Made by a program: the position numbers and the translations under genes. Source: Anaeromyxobacteraceae bacterium (GTDB taxonomy: Bacteria > Myxococcota > Myxococcia > Myxococcales > Anaeromyxobacteraceae). Taken from it: a stretch of 64,000 nucleotides of DNA. The stretch covers positions 192,001 through 256,000 of the forward strand of contig JAULAX010000009.1 of NCBI GenBank assembly GCA_032654565.1, read 5' to 3'. Shown in pieces: positions 31,077-40,219 of this stretch. Position 1 is the stretch's first letter; each line of letters starts with the position of its first letter. A model generated the notes under the pieces. That model searched no databases. It saw nothing but the letters and a program-made list of their open reading frames with translations, and had not been told where the DNA came from.

Positions 31077-31856
31077 ATGGACTTCACGACCATCGGAGGC
31101 ATCCTCCTCGCCGTCGGCCTCATCCTCCTCGGCCAGGCCCTGGAAGGAGGCCACGTCAGCTCGGTGCTGCAGGCGACCGCCGCGCTCATCGTCTTCGGCG
31201 GCACCATCGGCGCCACCATGGTGGCCTTCCCGACCAAGGACTTCGTCCGCGGGCTGAAGATGGTGGGGCTGGCGTTCGGCAACGCCACCCACGACCTCGC
31301 CGCCCTCACCAAGCAGATCGTCGAGCTGGCCAGCGTGGCCCGCCGCGACGGCGTGCTGGCGCTGGAGGGCCAGCTCCCTGGCATCAGCGACCCCTTCCTG
31401 CGCCGGGCCCTGCAGTTCGCGGTGGACGGCGTGGACGGCGACGTCACCCGCGACTCGCTGGAGACCGCCATCGAGGCCGAGTTCCAGGAGAAGGTGGTCG
31501 GCGCCAAGGTCTGGGAGACCATGGGCGGGTTCTCGCCCACTATCGGCATCATCGGCGCCGTGCTCGGGCTGATCCACGTGATGGAGAACCTGAGCGATCC
31601 CTCCAAGCTGGGCGGAGGCATCGCCACCGCCTTCGTGGCCACGGTCTACGGCGTCGGCGCCGCCAACATCCTGTTCCTCCCCATCGCCACCAAGCTCAAG
31701 CGGAAGCTCACCCTGGAGAAGGAGCGGAAGACCATCATCGCCGAGGGCATCATCGCCATCCAGGAGGGGCTGAACCCGCGGATCCTCGAGGAGAAGCTCC
31801 GCGCCTTCACCGGCGAGGAGCCCCCCGGGGAGGCCGCCGCCAAGAAGGCCGCGTAG
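31077..31856 (+). CDS. motA: Stator protein MotA
   Basis: ARRDGVLALE, PTIGIIGAVLGLI, AFVATVYG. Confidence 0.95.
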   Translation: MDFTTIGGILLAVGLILLGQALEGGHVSSVLQATAALIVFGGTIGATMVAFPTKDFVRGLKMVGLAFGNATHDLAALTKQIVELASVARRDGVLALEGQLPGISDPFLRRALQFAVDGVDGDVTRDSLETAIEAEFQEKVVGAKVWETMGGFSPTIGIIGAVLGLIHVMENLSDPSKLGGGIATAFVATVYGVGAANILFLPIATKLKRKLTLEKERKTIIAEGIIAIQEGLNPRILEEKLRAFTGEEPPGEAAAKKAA

Positions 31857-31870
31857 CCAGGGGGCGCCAC

Positions 31871-32665
31871 GTGTCGGGACACCGGAAGAAGAAGCACCAC
31901 GAGGAAGAGCACGAGAACCACGAGCGGTGGCTGGTCTCCTACGCCGACTTCATCACCCTGCTCTTCGCCTTCTTCGTGGTCATGTACTCGGTCAGCCGCG
32001 TCGACACCAAGAAGCTGAACCAGGCTGCGCAGAGCGTCCGCTGGGCGCTGCACATGTCCGGCACCGGCGGCACCGGGGCCATGCCCATCTTCGACGGCGC
32101 CCCGTCCGACGGCGGCTGCAAGGTGGCCCCGGGCACGGGCGGCCAGAGCACGGCGACGGCGAAGGCCATCGAGGAGGTCCGGCGCCGCATCGAGCGGAAG
32201 GTCCAGCCCTTCACGCTGCTCAGGAGCGGGCCCCTCAACGTCATCATGGTGGTCGAGGAGAATCGCCGGCTGGTGTTCCGGCTGGCCTCGGCCGACTTCT
32301 TCGATCCCGGGCAGGCGGCCCTCCGCCCCAGGGTCCTCGCCGTCGTCGACGCCCTGGCCAGCGAGCTGAAGGCGCTCGACCGTCCCTTCCGGGTGGAGGG
32401 GCACACCGACGACACCCAGATCCAGGGCGGGCGCTTCCAGGGCAACTGGGACCTCTCGGCGGCGCGCGCCGCGACGGTGGCGGCCTACCTGGAGGCGGCC
32501 CACCAGATCCCGCCCTCCCACCTCTCGGCGGTCGGCTTCGCCAACACCCGCCCCATGAGCCGGGAGGGGACCCCCGAGGCGCACGAGATGAACCGCCGCA
32601 TCGAGCTGGTGGTCGAGTTCCAGCACGACGACCCGCTCCTGCACCCCGGCGACGGGAGCCCCTGA
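31871..32665 (+). CDS. motB: Stator protein MotB
   Basis: WLVSYADFITLLFAFFVVMYS with the conserved Asp; OmpA-like VEGHTDD, NWDLSAARA, NRRIE. Confidence 0.95.
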   Translation: MSGHRKKKHHEEEHENHERWLVSYADFITLLFAFFVVMYSVSRVDTKKLNQAAQSVRWALHMSGTGGTGAMPIFDGAPSDGGCKVAPGTGGQSTATAKAIEEVRRRIERKVQPFTLLRSGPLNVIMVVEENRRLVFRLASADFFDPGQAALRPRVLAVVDALASELKALDRPFRVEGHTDDTQIQGGRFQGNWDLSAARAATVAAYLEAAHQIPPSHLSAVGFANTRPMSREGTPEAHEMNRRIELVVEFQHDDPLLHPGDGSP

Positions 32666-32701
32666 TCGAGCAGGCCCGGCGTCGACGGCGCCCGGACCGG
32701 G

Positions 32702-34654
32702 TCATGCGGCCGGGGCGTGGGGACGGAGGTCCTGGACGTCCAGCCCGACCTGGGCCGCCAGCGGCAGCAGCGGCGGCCGGTCCGAGGTGACCACCCAGAG
32801 CGAGGCCCCGCCGAGCATCCGCTCCCAGCCGGCCAGGTCCGCGGGGGCCTCGGTGAGGAGGAGGTCGACCCCGGCCCGCTCGGCCACCGGCAGGAGCGCC
32901 GCCGGCGGGGGGGAGAGGTGCGCCAGCGGGAGCGCCACGGCCACGGTGACGGTGTCGCAGGGCCCCAGCCCGTCGACCACCGTCGCCAGCGTCGCCGCCC
33001 AGGGATCGGCCGGGTTGGAGAGGTCCGGCGCGACCAGCACGCGGACCGGCCGCGAGCCGCGCCAGGGGTCGAGGATGGGCTCGGAGCGGGCCCCGCTCCG
33101 CTGGGCCGGGCGGGCCGCCAGGACCACCTGGATCACCTGGGCCTCCTGCCGGAAGCGCTCCTTGTCGCCGCCGAGCGCGACCACCAGCTCGGCCGCCAGC
33201 TCGAGCTGGGGCGACGGCGGCGAGCGGACCCCCTCGACCTGGCCGTCCAGCTCGAAGCCGGCCTCCGCGAGGAGGCGGATCATCGACGACAGCGTGAAGA
33301 AGCGCAGGTGGGTCCGGTCGAGGATGCCGGCGTCGACGTAGTCCCAGCGCCCGTGCACCAGGAGCGGGAGCAGGACCGACTCATGCCGGATGTTCGGGAG
33401 CGAGCAGACGATTCGCCCGTCATCCGCGAGCCAGCGCCGCAGGTGGCGCAGCGCGGCGGCGGGCTCGCGGAGGTGCTCCAGGACGTCGGCGAGCGTGATG
33501 ACGTCGAAGTAGCCCTCCGGGTAGGGAAGCTCGGGCAGCGTCTCCAGGTCGTAGCGGTAGACCGCGGTGAGCCGCCCGCGCGCCAGGGCCGCGGCCGGCG
33601 GGTGGACCTCGATGCCCACCACCTCGGCGGCTCCCGCGGCGAGCATGGCCGCGCCCATGGCGCCGGCGGCGCAGCCGACGTCGAGGACGCGCCTCCCGGC
33701 CGGCTGGACCCGGGCCACCACCTCGGGGCGGTCGCAGTGGTAGTAGGCGGGGACGGCCGACGCGGCCGGGCTGCTGGTGGTCATGGTGGGCCTCGAAGGG
33801 GAAGGGCGGGGTGGTGGCGGTGCCAGGCCGAGGGCCTCGGCGAGGATGATCCGGAGGTCGCGCGCCGCCATGGCGCGGAGCCCCTGCTCGCGGAGCTGCC
33901 GGCGGGCGTCCGGGTCGGCGCAGAGCCGGACGCAGGTCCCCACCAGCTCCTGGGAGTCGGCGAAGGCGACGGCGCCCTCGAACTCCCGCTCCTCGGACGG
34001 CTCGGCGCCGCGCTCCGAGACCACGCAGCACCGGTTGGCCAGCAGGTAGGAGACCCGCACGATCTCGAAGACCTTGGCCTCGTAGAAGTGGATGTTGAGG
34101 ACGATCCTGGAGCGGGCCACCAGCCGATCGCGCGCCTCGCCGTAGACGCCGAAGGCGACGTGGACACGCAGGCCGCGCGCCGTGAGCGCCTCGAGGATGG
34201 CCCGGCGCCGCTCGTTCATCGACCCGTAGAAGAGGACGTCGATCTCCTCGGCGGCCGGCTCGATCCTCGAGAGCTCGGGGACCCATCCGATCGGGACCAC
34301 CCGGGGCGGCGCGAGCCCCAGCTCTGGATATCGGGCGGCGTTGGCCTGGCTGTAGTCCCAGACCTGGTGACGCCGAAAGAGGTCGACGAGGGCGGGAGTC
34401 ATCCAGCCCGACCCGGCCTCGACCTGCTCGAGGTTGTAGAGGATGGCGTCGGGCGGGAGTTCGACGGGGTGGCGGGAGAGCAGGTTGGAGCCGAGGACGA
34501 TGGGCCGCCGGCCCGGGATCGCCTGCCCCCCCCTGAGCACGTCCTGGCCGAGGGCCCGCAGCGCGAAGACCAGCGAGTCGGCCACCTCGCTGAAGGCCTC
34601 GCTGTGGGCATACCCGGGCGGTTGCACGACGAGGACTGAGTATCGGTCGGCCAC
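32702..34654 (-). CDS. Glycosyltransferase / class I SAM methyltransferase fusion
   Basis: N-terminal GT (DVLFYGSMNERR, RIVLNIHFY, FEIVRVSYLLAN); MTase (VLDVGCAAG, FDVITLADVLEHL, GILDRTHLRFFT). Start placed at GTG 34654 just after a sigma54 promoter. Confidence 0.82.
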   Translation of the reverse strand: MADRYSVLVVQPPGYAHSEAFSEVADSLVFALRALGQDVLRGGQAIPGRRPIVLGSNLLSRHPVELPPDAILYNLEQVEAGSGWMTPALVDLFRRHQVWDYSQANAARYPELGLAPPRVVPIGWVPELSRIEPAAEEIDVLFYGSMNERRRAILEALTARGLRVHVAFGVYGEARDRLVARSRIVLNIHFYEAKVFEIVRVSYLLANRCCVVSERGAEPSEEREFEGAVAFADSQELVGTCVRLCADPDARRQLREQGLRAMAARDLRIILAEALGLAPPPPRPSPSRPTMTTSSPAASAVPAYYHCDRPEVVARVQPAGRRVLDVGCAAGAMGAAMLAAGAAEVVGIEVHPPAAALARGRLTAVYRYDLETLPELPYPEGYFDVITLADVLEHLREPAAALRHLRRWLADDGRIVCSLPNIRHESVLLPLLVHGRWDYVDAGILDRTHLRFFTLSSMIRLLAEAGFELDGQVEGVRSPPSPQLELAAELVVALGGDKERFRQEAQVIQVVLAARPAQRSGARSEPILDPWRGSRPVRVLVAPDLSNPADPWAATLATVVDGLGPCDTVTVAVALPLAHLSPPPAALLPVAERAGVDLLLTEAPADLAGWERMLGGASLWVVTSDRPPLLPLAAQVGLDVQDLRPHAPAA

Positions 34655-34666
34655 GACGACCAGCTT

Positions 34667-34682
34667 TGCAAGCAGGACGCCA
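34667..34682 (-). promoter_or_regulatory. sigma54 promoter of the GT-MTase gene
   Basis: Minus strand TGGCGTCCTGCTTGCA. Confidence 0.75.
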
Positions 34683-34744
34683 GCCCCCGGCGGCCTGCCG
34701 GGGAGCCCGGGGCCGCGGCTCCGCACCTCGCCAGGGCGGTTGAC

Positions 34745-34820
34745 GTCAAGGCCTTGACCCCGCGCCACGCTGGAGACCCCGCAGGGGGGCCAGGGGGCGC
34801 CGCCCCGTCAGCTTGCTGAC
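34745..34820. promoter_or_regulatory. Two palindromic GTCA-N6-TGAC boxes (FleQ-type activator sites)
   Basis: GTCAAGGCCTTGAC (34745-34758) and GTCAGCTTGCTGAC (34807-34820), between divergent sigma54 promoters. Confidence 0.7.
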
Positions 34821-34860
34821 GCCACGGAGCGGACTTGGCCGCTCTCGGGAACCGGGAGGT

Positions 34861-34876
34861 CGGCACGTCCCTTGCT
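34861..34876 (+). promoter_or_regulatory. sigma54 promoter of the fliL operon
   Basis: CGGCACGTCCCTTGCT, upstream of the GAGGAG RBS of fliL. Confidence 0.8.
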
Positions 34877-34900
34877 CAATGCCCCCGTGAGAGGAGCCGC

Positions 34901-35449
34901 ATGGCTGATCCCAAGGAGAAGAAGTCGACCGGTGAGAGCAAGGAGTCGGGCGGTGGCAAGCCCGGACGCTCCAAGCTCGTCCCCATCCTGCTGGTCGTGA
35001 ACGGCCTCTTGACCGCCGGCGCCATCGGCGTGCTGGTGCTGCGCCCACCCGGCGGGGCCCACCAGCCTGCCGCGGGGAAGGCCGAGAAGGCCGAGCACGG
35101 GGAGAAGGGCGAGAAGGGCGAGAAGGGGGACGCCAAGGCCAACGCCATCGGTCCGATGCTGCACCTCGGAGATCTCGTGGTCCACCTGCGTGACACCGAG
35201 GCCGACCGCTACGCGCGGGTCTCCTTCGACCTCGAGGTCGCCACCGAGGAGGACAAGACCAAGGCCACCGCGGCGGTTCCGCGGCTCAGGGACGGGATCA
35301 TCGCCTACCTCGCCGATCGCTCGTTCGACGAGCTGCGCGGCAGCGAGGGGCTGGAGCGGGCCAAGGCCCAGCTCCTCGAGCGGGTCAAGCAGGCGGTCCC
35401 GGGCGCCACGGTGAAGAGCCTCTACATCAGCGACATCGTCGTCCAGTGA
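34901..35449 (+). CDS. fliL: Flagellar basal body-associated protein FliL
   Basis: Single TM segment; PRLRDGII; LYISDIVVQ C-terminus. Confidence 0.9.
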   Translation: MADPKEKKSTGESKESGGGKPGRSKLVPILLVVNGLLTAGAIGVLVLRPPGGAHQPAAGKAEKAEHGEKGEKGEKGDAKANAIGPMLHLGDLVVHLRDTEADRYARVSFDLEVATEEDKTKATAAVPRLRDGIIAYLADRSFDELRGSEGLERAKAQLLERVKQAVPGATVKSLYISDIVVQ

Positions 35450-35459
35450 GGAACGGACC

Positions 35460-36452
35460 GTGCCCCCCACCCTGTCCACCGAGGAGGTCAACGCGCTGAT
35501 GAGCGCCGTCCAGGAGGGGCGGGTCCCGGCCCCCGGCCCCGGCCCGGACGGCGGCGCCGTCCGTTACGACCTGCTGAGCCAGGACAGGTTCATCCGGGGG
35601 CAGATGCCGACGCTGGACGCCATCAACGAGCAGGTGGCCTCGATGTTCGGCATGGGGCTGGCCGGCCGGACCCGCCTCCCGCTGCGCGTCACCTCCTCCC
35701 CCACCACCCTGCTGAAGTTCGCCGACCTTGCCCCGCTCCTCGCCCCGCCCGCGTCGGTCTGCGTGCTGGGGCTCGGAGCCGCCCATGGCTTCGCGCTCGC
35801 GGTGCTGGAGCCCGGCCTGGCCGAGGCCCTGCTCATGGCCGCCCTGGGGGACCGGAGGGCCCGGCCCGCCGACGCCCTCCCCGAGGGGCGCCGCGAGTTC
35901 ACCTCGGTCGAGCAGGTGGTGCTGCGCCGCCTGCTCTGCATCCTCACCGACTCGATGCGCACGGCCTGGGAACCCATCATCCCCATCGAGCCGGAGGTCC
36001 TCCGCTTCGAGCTCGACTCCCGCATGGCGACCATCGCCCCGCCCAGCGACGTGGCCATCGTCTCGGCCTTCGAGCTCAAGGGCGGCATCGACGGCCTCCT
36101 CCAGCTGGTCGTCCCCTACGCCACCGTCGAGCCGGCCAGGGCGCGCCTGGCCGCGCCGCGCCGCCTCTCCCAGCGCGCCGACGAGCGCTTCACGGCCGCG
36201 CTGGCCCACGAGGCCACGCAGGTGCCGGTGGAGATCCGCGGCGTCTTCGGGCGCACCAACGTCCCGTTCAAGGCCTTCCTCGATCTCAGGGCGGGCGACA
36301 TCCTCACGCTCGACAGCAGCGAGGCCGGCACCCTCCCCGTCCTCATCGGGGGGCGGGAGAAGCTTCGCGGCAAGCCGTGCGTGGTCGGCGGCAGCATGGC
36401 GCTGGTCATCGAGAGCGGGCTGGCCACCGTCGAAGGCCTGACCACGCACTGA
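35460..36452 (+). CDS. fliM: Motor switch protein FliM
   Basis: LSTEEVNALM CheY-binding-type peptide; REFTSVE; C-terminal SpoA domain. Confidence 0.92.
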   Translation: MPPTLSTEEVNALMSAVQEGRVPAPGPGPDGGAVRYDLLSQDRFIRGQMPTLDAINEQVASMFGMGLAGRTRLPLRVTSSPTTLLKFADLAPLLAPPASVCVLGLGAAHGFALAVLEPGLAEALLMAALGDRRARPADALPEGRREFTSVEQVVLRRLLCILTDSMRTAWEPIIPIEPEVLRFELDSRMATIAPPSDVAIVSAFELKGGIDGLLQLVVPYATVEPARARLAAPRRLSQRADERFTAALAHEATQVPVEIRGVFGRTNVPFKAFLDLRAGDILTLDSSEAGTLPVLIGGREKLRGKPCVVGGSMALVIESGLATVEGLTTH

Positions 36453-36470
36453 AGTCCCAGGAGACGAACC

Positions 36471-36764
36471 ATGGAAGCCGAAGCCGTCACCTCCAGCGAC
36501 CTGTCCCCCCGCCTCGACCGCCTGCTCGACGTCCCACTCAACGTGGACGTGGAGCTGGGACGGACCCGGATGACGATCCAGGACCTGCTGGCCCTCGGAC
36601 CGGGCTCGATCATCGAGCTCGACAAGGTGGCGGGGGCCCCGCTCGACATCCTCGTCAACGACCGCCTCCTCGCCCGGGGCGAGGCGGTGGTGCTCAACGA
36701 CAAGTTCGGAATCCGCATCACCGACATCGTGAGTCCGCAGGAGCGGATCCAGCGGCTGCGCTGA
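36471..36764 (+). CDS. fliN: Motor switch protein FliN
   Basis: LLDVPLNVDVELGRT...ARGEAVVLNDKFGIRITDI. Confidence 0.96.
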   Translation: MEAEAVTSSDLSPRLDRLLDVPLNVDVELGRTRMTIQDLLALGPGSIIELDKVAGAPLDILVNDRLLARGEAVVLNDKFGIRITDIVSPQERIQRLR

Positions 36765-36791
36765 CCACTCCAAGGAAAGGACCGAGCCACC

Positions 36792-37457
36792 ATGACCTCC
36801 TTCCTCGTCGCCTTGAGCCTCCTCGCCGCGGCCGCCCCGAACACCACGCGGTACCGCCTGCTGCCGGCGGCCGCCGCCCCCGAACCCGCCAGGAGCGACA
36901 CCCTCCCTCCCCCTCCGCCCGCGTCCCTCCCCGCCGTGCCCGCCAGCGGCGGGCAGGCGGTCCCGCTCCCGGAGGAGTTCCTGCTGGCCCCCTCGTCGGC
37001 GGCCGGGCTGGGCTCGGCCCTTCCGGCCCTGGCGGTGGTCGCCTCGCTGGCGGCCATCGCCCTCTACCTCTCCCGGCGCCGCCCTGGCACCGGGCGCCGG
37101 CTGGTGCAGGTCCTCGAGACCGCCAGCCTCGGCCCGCGTCGCCAGCTCGTCGTGGTCCGCCTCGGCGACGACCTGATGCTGCTCGGCTCCAGCGAGGCCG
37201 GGGTCACGCTGCTGTCGATGCAGCCGGCCGGCGCGGCGACGGCGGCGGCCACCACCGGGGTCCAGGTGGTGCACCTGGAGCCCGTGGAGCCGGAGCGACC
37301 GAACTTCCTGGTCGGGCTCTGGTCCCGGCTCCGCGACCGCGCCCCGGCCACCCCGGCCGCCCCGCAGCCCTCCTTCGAGGACCTGCTGCAGGAGAGCGCC
37401 GACGATCAGGCCCTGCGCCGCAAGCTCGCCAGCGGACGCCCGGCGAGGGTCGCGTGA
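36792..37457 (+). CDS. fliO: FliO/FliZ-family export chaperone
   Basis: TM segment then VLETASLGPRRQLVVVRLGD..LLG. Confidence 0.85.
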   Translation: MTSFLVALSLLAAAAPNTTRYRLLPAAAAPEPARSDTLPPPPPASLPAVPASGGQAVPLPEEFLLAPSSAAGLGSALPALAVVASLAAIALYLSRRRPGTGRRLVQVLETASLGPRRQLVVVRLGDDLMLLGSSEAGVTLLSMQPAGAATAAATTGVQVVHLEPVEPERPNFLVGLWSRLRDRAPATPAAPQPSFEDLLQESADDQALRRKLASGRPARVA

Positions 37458-38143
37458 TCCCGCTCCTCGCCCTGGTTCCCGGCGCCGATCCCGGCGTCAC
37501 CCTCAACCTCCAGGGCGGGGGCTCCTCGGCGGTCAAGCTCTTCCTGCTGCTCTCGGCGCTCTCCTTCGCCACGGCGCTGCTGGTCTCGATCACCTCCTTC
37601 ACGCGGATCGTCATCGTCCTCTCCTTCCTGCGCCAGGCCCTCGGCACCCCCCAGCTCCCGCCCAACCAGGTCATCCTCGGGCTGGCGCTGGTCCTCTCCG
37701 CGTTCGTGATGGCGCCGACCGGCCGGGCGGTCTGGGATGGCTCGCTGAAGCCCTACCTGGACGACCGCATCGACGCGACCCAGGCCCTGGAGAAGGCCTC
37801 GATCCCGGTGCGCACCTTCCTGCTCCGGCAGACCCGCGAGCAGGACCTCAGCCTGTTCTACGAGGTCTCGGGCCAGGCCCGCCCGAGCCGCGGCGACGAG
37901 ATCCCGCTGACCGTGGCCGCGCCGGCGTTCATGGTCTCCGAGCTCACCACCGCGTTCCGCATGGGGCTCTTCCTCTACATCCCGCTGCTGCTCGTCGACC
38001 TCCTCGTCGCCGGCATCCTCATGTCGCTCGGCATGATGATGGTCCCTCCCCCGCTCATCTCCCTGCCCATGAAGGTCGGCATCTTCGTCATGGCCGATGG
38101 CTGGCGCCTGGTGGTGGCCTCGCTGATCCGGAGCTTCCAGTGA
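37454..38143 (+). CDS. fliP: Export gate protein FliP
   Basis: TSFTRIVIVLSFLRQALGT, PPNQV, LGMMMVPP. Confidence 0.96.
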   Translation: MIPLLALVPGADPGVTLNLQGGGSSAVKLFLLLSALSFATALLVSITSFTRIVIVLSFLRQALGTPQLPPNQVILGLALVLSAFVMAPTGRAVWDGSLKPYLDDRIDATQALEKASIPVRTFLLRQTREQDLSLFYEVSGQARPSRGDEIPLTVAAPAFMVSELTTAFRMGLFLYIPLLLVDLLVAGILMSLGMMMVPPPLISLPMKVGIFVMADGWRLVVASLIRSFQ

Positions 38144-38403
38144 GCCCCGGCCTGCCCGCGGGGGTCTTCAGGGAGGGGCTGATGCTGGTGGTGCAGGTCG
38201 GCGGCCCGCTCTTCCTGGCCATGCTGCTCTCCGGCCTGGCCATCGGCGTGCTGCAGGCCGCCACCCAGGTGAACGACCCGGCCGTCTCCTTCGTGCCCCG
38301 CATCCTGGTGGGCGGGATCGTCCTCTGGCTGGCCGGTGGCTGGATGATGGAGCGGCTCTCCGGGTTCCTGGCCCAGTCGATCACCCGGATGGCCGGAGGG
38401 TAG
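38140..38403 (+). CDS. fliQ: Export gate protein FliQ
   Basis: LQAATQVND..SFVPR. Confidence 0.92.
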   Translation: MSPGLPAGVFREGLMLVVQVGGPLFLAMLLSGLAIGVLQAATQVNDPAVSFVPRILVGGIVLWLAGGWMMERLSGFLAQSITRMAGG

Positions 38404-38407
38404 GCCC

Positions 38408-39151
38408 GTGACCATCCTCACCGCGCAGGGCTGGGGCTTCATGCTGGTGCTGCTGCGGACCGCCGGCCTCGTCATCACCGTGCCCATCCTCGGCGCCCGC
38501 GTGGTCCCGGCCCGGGTCCGGCTCGGCCTGGCGCTGGTCCTCGCCTTCGCCGCCTACACCGGGGCCGGCTCCCCGACCGCGCCGCCGCCGGACGGCCTCA
38601 CCGACCTGTTCCTCAACGCCGCCGGCGAGACCGCGCTCGGCATGCTGGGCGGGCTGGCGGCCCGCTTCGTCCTGGACGCCGCGCTCGCGGCCGGGCAGCT
38701 GATCGGGATCTCCATGGGCATCGGGTTCGCCGCCCTGGTCGACCCGACCAGCGGCGCCGAGTCGAACGCACCGGGCGAGCTCCTGCTGACCCTCTCGCAG
38801 CTGGTGGCGCTGTCCATGGGCATCCACCGGGAGGCCATCACCTGGCTGGCCCGGTCGGTCCGCCTCTGGCCGCCCGGCGGTCCCATGCCGCTCGACCGGC
38901 TGGCCAGCCACGCCATCGGCCAGGCCGTGCTGGGGGTGACCCTGGCCGTCCGCGTCGCCATGCCCGTGCTGGCCGCGGTCCTGGCCGCCTACGCCATCAC
39001 CGGCATCCTCACCCGGACCGCGCCGCAGCTCTCGCTCTCCAACGTCGGCTTCTCCATCGCCATCCTCGCCGGCGGCGGCGCGCTCTACCTGGTGGTCCCG
39101 CACGCCGCCGAGCTGGTGGCCCGCTCCACCATCGCCGCCTTCCCTCCCTAG
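38408..39151 (+). CDS. fliR: Export gate protein FliR
   Basis: AGQLIGISMGIGFAALVDP; RTAPQL; hydrophobic. Confidence 0.92.
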   Translation: MTILTAQGWGFMLVLLRTAGLVITVPILGARVVPARVRLGLALVLAFAAYTGAGSPTAPPPDGLTDLFLNAAGETALGMLGGLAARFVLDAALAAGQLIGISMGIGFAALVDPTSGAESNAPGELLLTLSQLVALSMGIHREAITWLARSVRLWPPGGPMPLDRLASHAIGQAVLGVTLAVRVAMPVLAAVLAAYAITGILTRTAPQLSLSNVGFSIAILAGGGALYLVVPHAAELVARSTIAAFPP

Positions 39152-39157
39152 GCCCCC

Positions 39158-40219
39158 GTGTCCGACCAGGAGAACAAGACCGAACTGGCCTCACCCCGGC
39201 GCCTCCAGCAGGCGCGGGAGAAGGGGCAGGTCCCCCTCGGCCATGACGCCGTCATGGTCCTGGCGATGGCCGCGGGGGTCTGGGGCCTCTCGCTGCTGGC
39301 CTCCCGCTTCCAGTCGGGCCTGGTCTCGCTCTTCCAGGAATCCCTCCGCGCGCTCCCCGAGACCCCCTTCGGCCAGCTCCTGCCCCTCGCGGCTGGACCC
39401 GCGGCCGCGGTCGCCGGCGCCGCGGCGCTGGCCGCGGCGGCCGCCATCGTGGCCACGATGGTCCAGACCCAGGGCGGCGTCTGGTTGCACCTGGCCCTCC
39501 CGGATCTCGACCGGCTCACCTCGGGTTCGAAGCTCTCACGCCTCTTCACCCGGGACTTCCTCGCCGACCTCGGCCTGGCGCTCGCCAAGGTCGCGGCGCT
39601 GGCCTGGGCCGGCTGGTCGTCGGTGCGCGACGACATGCTCTCGCTGCCCCTCATGCTCGGCGCGGCGCCGCCGGACCAGCTGTCGCGCACCATGGGGATC
39701 GCCTGGAAGGCCAGCGTCAGGATGCTGGCGGTGGCCGCCCTCCTGGCCGGCGTGGAGCTTGCAATCCAGCGGATCAGGTTCAGCCGAAAGATGAAGATGA
39801 CCAAGGAAGAGGCCAGGCGCGAGAACAAGGAGGACGAGGGCGACCCCCTCCTCCGCTCACGCCGCAAGAAGCGCCACCGGGAGCTCTCGCAGGGGCAGGC
39901 GGCCATCGAGGTCCCCCGGGCCGACGCCCTGGTCGTCAACCCGACCCACGTGGCGGTGGCGATCCGCTACCGGCGCGACGAGGGGAGCGCGCCCCGGGTC
40001 ACCGCCAAGGGCAAGGGCGCCCTCGCCGAGTACATGCGCGACCTGGCCCGCTCCAGCGGCGTCCCCATCGTCGAGGACATCCCGCTGGCCCGCCTCCTCT
40101 ACCGCAAGGTCAAGGTGGGGCGCTCGGTCCCGGCCGCCACCTTCAAGGCCGTGGCCACCGTGCTCGCCTACGTGTATCGCCTGACCGGGCGCACCCCCTC
40201 GAGTGAGGCCAGGCCGTGA
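39158..40219 (+). CDS. flhB: Substrate-specificity switch FlhB
   Basis: KTELASPRRLQQAREKGQV; EGDP; NPTH autocleavage motif. Confidence 0.95.
   Translation: MSDQENKTELASPRRLQQAREKGQVPLGHDAVMVLAMAAGVWGLSLLASRFQSGLVSLFQESLRALPETPFGQLLPLAAGPAAAVAGAAALAAAAAIVATMVQTQGGVWLHLALPDLDRLTSGSKLSRLFTRDFLADLGLALAKVAALAWAGWSSVRDDMLSLPLMLGAAPPDQLSRTMGIAWKASVRMLAVAALLAGVELAIQRIRFSRKMKMTKEEARRENKEDEGDPLLRSRRKKRHRELSQGQAAIEVPRADALVVNPTHVAVAIRYRRDEGSAPRVTAKGKGALAEYMRDLARSSGVPIVEDIPLARLLYRKVKVGRSVPAATFKAVATVLAYVYRLTGRTPSSEARP

Noticed and set aside
35078..35130. Short 9-bp repeats in fliL (KAEKAE, GEKGEKGEKG)
   Set aside because: An ordinary in-frame low-complexity linker; not a CRISPR array or a phase-variable tract.
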